This document shows, one piece after another, positions 1 to 7,364 of a stretch of 11,771 nt of DNA (position 1 is its first letter; each line of letters starts with the position of its first letter). Both the position numbers and the translations under genes were made by a program. The notes under the pieces are model-generated. The model made no database searches. It had not been told where the DNA came from and was given only the letters and a program-made list of their open reading frames with translations. Origin of the DNA: an uncultured Deferribacteres bacterium (GTDB lineage: Bacteria > Zhuqueibacterota > Zhuqueibacteria > Zhuqueibacterales > Geothermadaptataceae); the NCBI GenBank assembly GCA_964014485.1, contig CAXHAT010000220.1, positions 1-11,771 on the forward strand, given 5' to 3'.

Positions 1-1
1 C

Positions 2-1234
2 GTGAGTCGCTATGACGGCCAAAGCTGGACCACTTTTACCAGAGCTGATGGTTTGTCTTACAACAACGTCACCGCTATTATAGAAGACAGCAATGGCGCG
101 ATCTGGTTTGGTACAACTAAAGGGGTGAGCCGCTATAACGGCCAAAGCTGGACCTCTTTCACCATGCCTGATGTTGACTGGGAAAATTCCAATGTTGTTA
201 TTTCCATGGCGGAAGACGGTAACGGCGCGCTCTGGTTTGGCGCCTATAGCGGCGTGAGTCGCTATGATGGCCAAAGCTGGACCCGCTTTACCGTGGTTAA
301 CGGCTTGTATAACATCTTTGTTCACGCCATTATCGAAGACAGCAACGGCGCGCTTTGGTTTGGTATGATGGGCGGCGCGAGACGCTACGACGGTCAAAGT
401 TGGACCACCTTTACCGAAGCTGACGGCCTGGCTGACAACGACGTTAACGCCATTTTCAAAGACAGCAATGGAGGACTCTGGTTTGGAACAGACAACGGCA
501 TGAGTCGCTATGATGGCCGAAGCTGGACCACTTTTACAACAGCAGACGGTTTGGCTAGTAATTTAGTTCTGGCTATTGTCGAGGATCGTACTAGCGCAAT
601 CTGGTTTGGAACTGGGGGGGGCGGCGTGAGTCGCTATGACGGTCAAAACTGGACCACCTTTACTAAAGCTGACGGTTTGGTTAGCAACTCAGTTCGTGCT
701 ATTGTCGAAGATAGCAACGATGCTCTCTGGTTTGGTACAAACGACGGCGTAAGTCGTTATAACGAGCAAAGTTGGACCACTTTTACCATAGATAACGGTC
801 TGACTCACAACGACGTTAACGCCATTTTCAAAGACAGCAATGGAAGACTCTGGTTTGGAACAGATGACGGTGTAAGTCGCTATGACGGGCAAAGCTGGAC
901 CACCTTTACCGAATCTGACGGTTTGGCTGATAACAATGTTTTGGCCATTGCAGAAGACGGCAACGGTGCGCTCTGGTTTGGTACATTTGGTAGCGTGAGT
1001 CGCTATGACGGCCAAAGCTGGACTACCTTTATCCAAGCTCCCTTTTTGTTCGATCCTCTCACCATTACTAAAGACAGCAACGGCGCGCTTTGGTTTGGTA
1101 CACATGCTAGCGTAAGCCGTTATGACGGCCAGAGCTTGACTACCATTATCGAAGATCATGATTTAGCTGGCAGCATGGTGCACGCCATTGCAGAAGACGG
1201 CGAAGGCGCGCTTTGGATTGGTACATCCGGTGGG
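2..1234 (+). repeat. Intragenic tandem array of ten ~123-bp propeller-blade repeats
   Basis: Units with consensus gtgagtcgctatgacggccaaagctggacc start at 2, 125, 254, 377, 500, 626, 749, 872, 995 and 1112. Unit lengths are 117-129 bp, all multiples of 3. Confidence 0.95.
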
Positions 1235-2611
1235 GTGTCGCGGTTATCAGACATTGTCTCGCCACGAGTGAGTTTTCTCATTACACCTGGTGCATTGACC
1301 GGGAACATTTCGCCCTTATTCAACTACGTCGGTAATGACAATCTTGCTCCTGCAAGCAAACTTTTTTTTGCTTGGGAACTCGAGGGAGAAGGCGGTTTGG
1401 CGGCTTCTGGAGATTGGTCATTGGCAACTAGCGTGACACTCCCGCCTTTACAGGACGGTGAGTACACTTTCACTGTAAAGGCGAAAGACTTTTTTAATAA
1501 TGTCACTGGCAAACCGCCACGCTACTCCTTCCGAGTTGACGCTACGCAACCTACGGTTATATTTAACTCCCACAAAAGCAAAGACCAGATCGCCGATTCA
1601 GCCGCAATCATTGGTAATGCGTTTGATTCATCCCCGATTCAGGATTTTATTCGCTACGATCTGCACTACGGCTTTGGCCGAGATACATCCCAAGTCGTCT
1701 GGCAGTCTGAGCATCTTTCTCGCCTGCGCCCAACAGAAGAAATCTTCAACGATACGCTCGCTGTCTGGCATACTGACGAGCTTCCCAACGGCCCGTATTG
1801 GCTTCGCCTGAGCGCCATCGATAGCCTCGGCCACACGAGCACGGTCTATCTCGATGTCGAAGTGGTCGAATCCGCTGTCGACGTTAACCGCGAAAAAGGC
1901 GTAAAACAAACAACCGCTGACATCGACATCTTCCTGCCGCCCAACGCTATCTCAGAAGACGCTCGTCTCATCGTCCGCACCTGTCAAATGGATGAGATCA
2001 CGCTCTTCGATTCAACCGGCGTCACCTTCGCCAACTATTGCTTTGCCGTCGAGTTCGATGAGTTGGTATCATCATCCTTCATTCAGGAATTCAACAAACC
2101 GGCCACGCTCAGTCTGAGCTATAAAGATTCTATTCCTGCTGGCATCGATGAAAGCAAGCTCGCTCTCTACTACTCCGAAGACGGCATGAGCAATTGGCAG
2201 CGGTTGGGCGGGTTGGTGAATCAAACTGAAAAGAAAATCACCGCCGTGTTCAAAAAGCCTGGCTATTTCGGCCTGTATAAAGACCTAAGCGAAGGCACGG
2301 AAACCGGCCTTTTCGATCTCGATATTCAGCCGCGCGTGTTCTCGCCTAACAGTTCCGGTCTGCGTTCTTCCGTGGATATTTCCTACACGCTCGGTAAGGC
2401 GAGCAATGTCACTTGCAAAATCTACAACGCCGCAGGTCGACTCATCGCCATACTCGGTGAAAACGAACCTAGAAACCGCGGCGTCAACGTCGAGCAATGG
2501 AACGGCCTCGACCTGCGACAACAAACCTGCCCCAGCGGGTTATATGTCGTCACAGTTCAAGCAGACGGCAAGACAAAGATAAAGACGGTAGCTGTGATGG
2601 CTACGAAGTAG
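2..2611 (+). CDS. 5'-truncated beta-propeller (Reg_prop-type repeats) surface protein with Ig-like, ZU5-like and C-terminal FlgD-Ig domains
   Basis: Ten ~41-aa repeats (VSRYDGQSWTTFT..DGL..N.V.AI.EDSNGALWFGT). These are followed by an Ig/Y_Y_Y-like region (LQDGEYTFTVKAKD), a second beta-sandwich (LPNGPYWLRLSAID), a ZU5-like region (FLPPNAI...FNKPATLSLSY...WQRLGG) and an FlgD-Ig-like tail (PRVFSPN...KIYNAAGRLI...WNGLD...PSGLYVV). The frame is open at the window edge and the GTG at 2 is a Val within a repeat. Confidence 0.9.
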   Translation: MSRYDGQSWTTFTRADGLSYNNVTAIIEDSNGAIWFGTTKGVSRYNGQSWTSFTMPDVDWENSNVVISMAEDGNGALWFGAYSGVSRYDGQSWTRFTVVNGLYNIFVHAIIEDSNGALWFGMMGGARRYDGQSWTTFTEADGLADNDVNAIFKDSNGGLWFGTDNGMSRYDGRSWTTFTTADGLASNLVLAIVEDRTSAIWFGTGGGGVSRYDGQNWTTFTKADGLVSNSVRAIVEDSNDALWFGTNDGVSRYNEQSWTTFTIDNGLTHNDVNAIFKDSNGRLWFGTDDGVSRYDGQSWTTFTESDGLADNNVLAIAEDGNGALWFGTFGSVSRYDGQSWTTFIQAPFLFDPLTITKDSNGALWFGTHASVSRYDGQSLTTIIEDHDLAGSMVHAIAEDGEGALWIGTSGGVSRLSDIVSPRVSFLITPGALTGNISPLFNYVGNDNLAPASKLFFAWELEGEGGLAASGDWSLATSVTLPPLQDGEYTFTVKAKDFFNNVTGKPPRYSFRVDATQPTVIFNSHKSKDQIADSAAIIGNAFDSSPIQDFIRYDLHYGFGRDTSQVVWQSEHLSRLRPTEEIFNDTLAVWHTDELPNGPYWLRLSAIDSLGHTSTVYLDVEVVESAVDVNREKGVKQTTADIDIFLPPNAISEDARLIVRTCQMDEITLFDSTGVTFANYCFAVEFDELVSSSFIQEFNKPATLSLSYKDSIPAGIDESKLALYYSEDGMSNWQRLGGLVNQTEKKITAVFKKPGYFGLYKDLSEGTETGLFDLDIQPRVFSPNSSGLRSSVDISYTLGKASNVTCKIYNAAGRLIAILGENEPRNRGVNVEQWNGLDLRQQTCPSGLYVVTVQADGKTKIKTVAVMATK

Positions 2612-2682
2612 TTCTGTAGAAAGTCTGTTCATCTTGATCAAGCTTCAAAAGTTTATCTAATAATCTCCAATGGAGGGATAAA

Positions 2683-3678
2683 ATGGAAAACAAATACTCG
2701 ATTGCTCTTGTTGGCGGCCTGAGTATCTCTGTTATTATTATTGTTCTAATTTGGACGAATCTGCAAAAGCCGCCTGAGCCTCAAAATGTTGTTGGATCAG
2801 AAATAGAAATTGTCAATATAATCGTCAATGATTCGCTTTATGGTAACAATGATGGAGTTTTGAACCCGAACGAGACCGTCGGCTTGCGATTTGTGATCAG
2901 AAATCTCAGCGACGCGCCTATTCCGGCAAGCGAAGGCATTATTGAGTCCAACCAACAAGGCATTGTTATCTTAGACTCTACTGCTTTATTCCCCGCCATA
3001 CCAGCAGGTTCAATAGTCACGGCGGAGGAAGAGTTTATGTGCTTTGTTGAGAGCTCAGCCGCGCAGGGAAATGCGATATTCTTCCTAAAATTAGATGCTG
3101 GTGATCTTGTATTTACTGCGTTCAGAGCATTGGATGTACTCCACAACATTTTTGCCTGCATCGCGAGGACGCGACTTTTTCCTGCTAGCCGATCCGGCGC
3201 AAGAGATACCCTTAAGATTCGCCTTTCAATATGTAACCAATTGACATTGCCCACCCAACCTTACAACCCGGTTCAATATGTGAGCATAGATGATGTAGCA
3301 GTTGTAATTCCTGCGGATACAATTCGGAGTTGTGTCGCCGACACGGCGATCGATGCCCGACCGCTCTTCATGACTGTGCCGTGCGGCTTCCCGAATACGA
3401 TTCCCTTGAACGAAATTTTCTATGGCACTATTGCCAAAAGATACTGTCAGGATCCAGCATTCCCCTGTCGAAACATGACATCGAGCGGATGTCCGCTGCT
3501 GCCAGTTCATATCTATGATTTTGAATTTAGCGTCAAACCTGGAGAGCTAACGCAGAATTCGTGCATCAGGTTCATTGCTGAAATATGGTCCAATTCAATT
3601 GTAGATTCTTCAACTTGTCGCATTTCTCGAAATAATCACGAATATACGATAGACGTATTTAGTCGAATATCAAATTAG
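2683..3678 (+). CDS. Membrane-anchored hypothetical protein with an Ig-like domain and a Cys-rich C-terminal domain
   Basis: RBS GGAGG at 2672-2676. N-terminal hydrophobic helix (IALVGGLSISVIIIVLIW). Motif DSLYGNNDGVLNPNETVGLRFVIRN resembles a Ca-binding loop preceding an Ig-like fold. 10 Cys, 9 of them after residue ~155. Confidence 0.8.
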   Translation: MENKYSIALVGGLSISVIIIVLIWTNLQKPPEPQNVVGSEIEIVNIIVNDSLYGNNDGVLNPNETVGLRFVIRNLSDAPIPASEGIIESNQQGIVILDSTALFPAIPAGSIVTAEEEFMCFVESSAAQGNAIFFLKLDAGDLVFTAFRALDVLHNIFACIARTRLFPASRSGARDTLKIRLSICNQLTLPTQPYNPVQYVSIDDVAVVIPADTIRSCVADTAIDARPLFMTVPCGFPNTIPLNEIFYGTIAKRYCQDPAFPCRNMTSSGCPLLPVHIYDFEFSVKPGELTQNSCIRFIAEIWSNSIVDSSTCRISRNNHEYTIDVFSRISN

Positions 3679-3683
3679 CATAT

Positions 3684-6023
3684 ATGAGAGTACGGATTTT
3701 ATCACTTGTTGTATTGTTACCAGCTTTTTACGACTGTCAAAAAGTGATAGCACAAGAATATTGGGCGCGCTTGGTTGAGCCGGAATTAGCCTCGAATTTT
3801 GTCTGGACCATAATAGACTCCGCCGATGTCATGTGGTTTGGGACAGAAAAGGGCATAAGTCGATATTATAACGGTCAAATCACTAATAATTTTCAGCCAG
3901 GGACTGATGTTCGCTCTAGTCTTCATGCAAAAGACAATAGCCTGTGGTTCGGTACCTTTGGGAACGGTGCATACCGTTACAAAAATGGAATTTGGGATCC
4001 CTTCACAGTTGCAAGCACGGATAGCGGTCTTGCTAACGATAGCGTTTTAGCCATCACCCAACTAGACTCTTCGGTTTTATGCTTCGGGACAAAAGGCGGG
4101 GGGATATCCTGTTTAAAGGATGGTAGATGGTGGCAATATTCGCGACAAAACGGGCTTATTAGTGATACAATATTGGCGCTCGAAGCATCAAAAGACGGTT
4201 CACTTTGGGCTGGAACTTTGGGCTATGGGCTTAGTCGGATGTCAGACGGCCAGTGGACGACTTATACGAACGCTGAAGGTTTATTAAGTGATACTGTTCC
4301 AATCATTCATGAATCTCAAGACGGCTATATTTGGGCCGGAACGAGTGCGGGAGCAAGCCGATTCAAACATGGAAAATGGGAAAATTTTACTGTTAATCAT
4401 GGCCTTGTCTCGAACTATATTATAGCTATAGAAGAAACCAGGGATGACGCACTTTGGCTCGGCACGTTCGGCGGAGGCATAAGTCGTTTTCAAGATGGCG
4501 AGTGGTTAAACTTTACAATTTCTAAAAATCCTGGGCTCCGAGACAGTATTATCTATGCAATCGGGGAATCCGCTGATGGGGGAATTTGGTTTGGAACACA
4601 GAAAGGGGTCCATAGATTAGAACCAGACACGACTCCTCCATCAAAGACGATGATTATTGAGAAACCGCCCGCCATATCAGGTACTTCAACGCCTCTTTTT
4701 CGTTTCTCGGGCGAGGATAATCGTACCGAACAAGCAAAGCTGCGTTATTTATGGCGAGTTTCGAAGATAGGAGCAGACATCACATTTTCCGGAGAAACAA
4801 GCTTTACGGCAATCAGTCCGTTTGAAGAGATTCAAGATAGCCTTGAAAGTGTCATTAATGGGGATTATAAGTTTTTTGTCAATACAAAAGACGCTTGGAG
4901 AAACGTGGACATAAGCGGTGATAGTAGTATTTTTAAAATCGATACTACGCCTCCTACAGTCACGATAAATTCCTTTAAATCGGAAGACAGGATTGCCGGT
5001 TCCGTGCAAATCGTTGGCAACGCTTATGACGATTCGCCTATTCACGATTTTAAATCTTATAAATTACATTATGGTTTTGGCGAGGACAGCTCGCTCGTCG
5101 ACTGGAAAGACGACAATCTTATCGACTTGCGTCCAAATACAGAAGTTCGCGATGATGTTTTAGCCGTTTGGAACACCACTGGCCTCCGGAACGGTCCGTA
5201 TTGGCTTCGTTTAAGCGCAGTGGACGCACTCAATCATGGAAGCGTCGTCGCTCTCAAAGTAGAGGTTGTTGAGTCAAGCGTTCAACTCAATAGCGATCGG
5301 GACACTACATTCACGGCTGCTAACGATTCAATTAAACTGTTCGTGCCTGCAAAAGCGCTGTCTCAAGACGTTGAATTGATCGTACGCTCATGTAAAAACC
5401 ATGAGTTAAGCGCAGACACTTTACAAGGCGCATCTTATCTAGGCTTTTGCATTGCAATCAAGACTTTAAAGAATAATCGGGAGCAAGAATATCTGAAATT
5501 CAACAAACCAATAACATTAGATTTGACATACCCCGACTTGCCGTTTACTGAATCTGACGAAATGAATCTCACCATATTTTACTCGCCAACCGGGGAAGAA
5601 GACACGTGGCAACGATTGGGGGGAACTGTGAAGAATGACTCAAATCAAATAACTCTTGCCGTTAAATGGACGGGCCATTTTGCCTTACTTAAGGACCGAC
5701 TAATTCCCCACAAAGCAGATATTTTGGATCTTGAGATCCAGCCAAGGATATTCTCGCCCAAAAGTACTCGTGCTCGAAGTTATATCGATATCTCGTACTG
5801 GCTTGTCAATGCAAGCAACGTTACTTGCAAAATCTATAACACCGCTGGTCGGCTCATCGCCATTCTCGGCGAAAACGAACCCAGAAACCGCGGCATCAAC
5901 GTCGAACAATGGAACGGCCTCGATCTGCGCCAACAAACCTGCCCCAGCGGGTTGTACGTAGTCACGGTTCAAGCTGACGGCAAAACTGAAATGAAGACGG
6001 TGGCGGTTATGCGGGATCAATAG
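3684..6023 (+). CDS. Secreted beta-propeller protein, paralogue of 2..2611 (about 7 blades, Ig-like, ZU5-like, FlgD-Ig)
   Basis: Signal-peptide-like N-terminus (MRVRILSLVVLLPAF...), about seven diverged WFGT/WAGT blades, same domain order as ORF 2..2611, shared NGPYWLRLSA and WQRLGG motifs, near-identical C-terminal 67 aa. Starts 5 bp after the previous stop. Confidence 0.9.
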   Translation: MRVRILSLVVLLPAFYDCQKVIAQEYWARLVEPELASNFVWTIIDSADVMWFGTEKGISRYYNGQITNNFQPGTDVRSSLHAKDNSLWFGTFGNGAYRYKNGIWDPFTVASTDSGLANDSVLAITQLDSSVLCFGTKGGGISCLKDGRWWQYSRQNGLISDTILALEASKDGSLWAGTLGYGLSRMSDGQWTTYTNAEGLLSDTVPIIHESQDGYIWAGTSAGASRFKHGKWENFTVNHGLVSNYIIAIEETRDDALWLGTFGGGISRFQDGEWLNFTISKNPGLRDSIIYAIGESADGGIWFGTQKGVHRLEPDTTPPSKTMIIEKPPAISGTSTPLFRFSGEDNRTEQAKLRYLWRVSKIGADITFSGETSFTAISPFEEIQDSLESVINGDYKFFVNTKDAWRNVDISGDSSIFKIDTTPPTVTINSFKSEDRIAGSVQIVGNAYDDSPIHDFKSYKLHYGFGEDSSLVDWKDDNLIDLRPNTEVRDDVLAVWNTTGLRNGPYWLRLSAVDALNHGSVVALKVEVVESSVQLNSDRDTTFTAANDSIKLFVPAKALSQDVELIVRSCKNHELSADTLQGASYLGFCIAIKTLKNNREQEYLKFNKPITLDLTYPDLPFTESDEMNLTIFYSPTGEEDTWQRLGGTVKNDSNQITLAVKWTGHFALLKDRLIPHKADILDLEIQPRIFSPKSTRARSYIDISYWLVNASNVTCKIYNTAGRLIAILGENEPRNRGINVEQWNGLDLRQQTCPSGLYVVTVQADGKTEMKTVAVMRDQ

Positions 6024-6089
6024 ACATTGGTTCGTCTCCTATACCATCGCTGAAAACTCAGGTAGAAAATAATGAAACATATTACGATA

Positions 6090-6112
6090 AAAAGCGGAGT
6101 CGTATCGCTTTT
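6090..6112 (+). terminator. Weak possible hairpin downstream of the propeller cluster
   Basis: AAAAGCG-N9-CGCTTTT. The GC stem is very short. Confidence 0.25.
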
Positions 6113-6168
6113 GTAGTTTGTATCCGCGTTCTTAATTCGCATTTATTAGTAGTCGCGGTCGAATAATC

Positions 6169-6311
6169 GTGAGCGTCCGGTGAACCCCGTCTTGCATTTT
6201 TCGTTTTGAATCGACTTCAGTTGACGAGATTTTTTTCCGGGAATGATCGGCGATACAGGCGAACATGTCACGAAACCAAGCGAAGGGTTCGGGATCATTG
6301 ATCTTGGAGTG
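6169..6311 (-). mobile_element. IS66-family remnant: TnpC C-terminal fragment plus degenerate right terminal repeat
   Basis: Minus-strand peptide KINDPEPFAWFRDMFACIADHSRKK (6305 to 6231) fits the IS66 TnpC C-terminal pattern K.NG..P..WL.DVL.RI.DH. GTGAGCGTCCGGTGAAC at 6169-6185 resembles the GTAAGCGTCCGG-type IS66 end and lies just downstream of that fragment. Confidence 0.7.
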
Positions 6312-6444
6312 GGAAGAATTAAAAAAAGTGGAAGGCGACACCGATACTCAAATCTCGACGATGGATGGGTACTATAGAAAGGGTTTATTAGCGTCATTTT
6401 AGCGTTAAAATCTGTCTATTCCTGTCCACATTTGTCCCTGCCCT

Positions 6445-6476
6445 AAAATAAAAAGGGAATCAAAGCTGATTCCCTT
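6445..6476 (-). terminator. Rho-independent terminator downstream of the tRNA fragment
   Basis: Perfect 10-bp stem AAGGGAATCA (6453-6462) / TGATTCCCTT (6467-6476) with a 4-nt loop, followed on the minus strand by a T-rich run. It lies about 30 nt past the tRNA 3' end. Confidence 0.7.
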
Positions 6477-6503
6477 GTGTCGTAAAAACAAGTATTTACG
6501 CAA

Positions 6504-6546
6504 GTAGCGGGGGGCGGATTTGAACCACCGACCTTCGGGTTATGAG
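6504..6546 (-). pseudogene. 3' half of initiator tRNA-Met(CAT); att core, not a complete tRNA
   Basis: Minus strand reads CTCATAA CCCGA AGGTC GGTGG TTCAAAT CCGCC CCCCGCT AC: anticodon loop, 3' anticodon stem, variable loop, T arm and 3' acceptor strand of tRNA-fMet. Upstream (GAAATATCGTTGGT) there is no D arm or 5' acceptor strand. Confidence 0.92.
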
Positions 6547-6707
6547 ACCAACGATATTTCGAAAAAACGAACGTAAGTCATTGTTTTTTAGTACGGCTTT
6601 GAAAATCATGCGTCATTTTAGCGTTATTTTTTGAAATGTTCTCCAGTGGATTTAAATCTCGTGCTCCGACCGGACTGATACGCTTGGAACATTATCCGGT
6701 TTTCTGA

Positions 6708-6748
6708 TTGCATTGTTCTGTTTTTCTACATATAATTATTTGTGTAGA
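6708..6748 (+). promoter_or_regulatory. sigma70 promoter of abiE with overlapping palindromic operator
   Basis: TTGCAT (6708-6713), 17-bp spacer, TATAAT (6731-6736). Inverted repeat TCTACATA-N8-TGTGTAGA (6725-6748, 7 of 8 match) straddles the -10. Confidence 0.75.
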
Positions 6749-6767
6749 CTAAAGTGCGATACTCACG

Positions 6768-7364
6768 ATGAATGAAGCCCTCAAACAATTCCGAAAACAC
6801 GACGGCTACGCTTTTCTCAAAGAGCTAAAGCAAAACAACGTCCACACCAGTTCCATCCGGCGCTGGCTTGAAGAAGGGGTTATCGAAAAGGTCAAGCCCG
6901 GACTGTACAAGCTATCCGACATGCCGGTTCTTGCCCATCAGGGCATGATCGACGTCTGTATGGCCATGCCCGGCGCCGTCGTCTGCCTGCATTCCGCTCT
7001 CGCCTTCTACGAACTAACGACAACCGTCCCGTCGTCAATCATGATTGCGCTGCCGCGGGCGAGCAAGCCGGTCAAGCTAAATTACCCGCCGATGCAGGTC
7101 TTTCATTTTTCCGAAGCCAACTATCGCACCGGCATTGAGAACGTCCGTGCGGAAACCGGCGGCTTCAAAATTTATTCGCGCGAAAAAACGATTGCGGATT
7201 GCTTTCGTTATCGCAACAAGCTCGGCCTGGATGTGGCGATTGAAGGCCTAAGGAACTATCTGAACTCACCGGGGAGCGATGTCAACAGACTTGCTGAAAT
7301 CGCCAAAAGCGGCAGAATGTACCGCGTCATGAAACCGTATCTGGAAGCGCTGCTGCAGCGATAA
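6768..7364 (+). CDS. abiEi: Type IV TA / abortive infection antitoxin, AbiEi family
   Basis: N-terminal wHTH-like region (GVIEKVKPGLYKL), VVCLHSALAFYELTT..P, IYSREKTIADCFRYRNKLGLDVAIEGL, MKPYLEAL. Coupled to the next gene by a TAATG overlap. Confidence 0.92.
   Translation: MNEALKQFRKHDGYAFLKELKQNNVHTSSIRRWLEEGVIEKVKPGLYKLSDMPVLAHQGMIDVCMAMPGAVVCLHSALAFYELTTTVPSSIMIALPRASKPVKLNYPPMQVFHFSEANYRTGIENVRAETGGFKIYSREKTIADCFRYRNKLGLDVAIEGLRNYLNSPGSDVNRLAEIAKSGRMYRVMKPYLEALLQR

Larger units (their letters stand above)
6391..6626. mobile_element. attP-like tyrosine-integrase recombination site centred on a tRNA-Met fragment
   Basis: Perfect 17-bp direct repeat GCGTCATTTTAGCGTTA at 6391-6407 and 6610-6626. 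Inverted pair AAAAACAA-N4-TTACG at 6484-6500 and 6572-6588 (reverse strand). tRNA 3' half lies between them. Confidence 0.7.

Noticed and set aside
614..621. G8 tract as a phase-variation switch
   Set aside because: Short, in frame and explained by a Gly run. No evidence of length variation.
2..1234. CRISPR array
   Set aside because: Units are in-frame ~123-bp protein repeats with homologous sequence between the conserved blocks.
2399..6011. Diversity-generating retroelement TR/VR pair at the two C-termini
   Set aside because: Differences are mostly synonymous third-position changes of all base types rather than adenine-specific, both copies are coding, and no reverse transcriptase is visible.
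2..6023. Hybrid two-component sensor kinase
   Set aside because: Reg_prop repeats are present but there is no TM helix, histidine kinase or receiver domain after them.
6504..6580. Complete functional tRNA-Met gene
   Set aside because: No D arm or 5' acceptor strand, and the 5' anticodon stem is mismatched (TTGGT instead of TCGGG).
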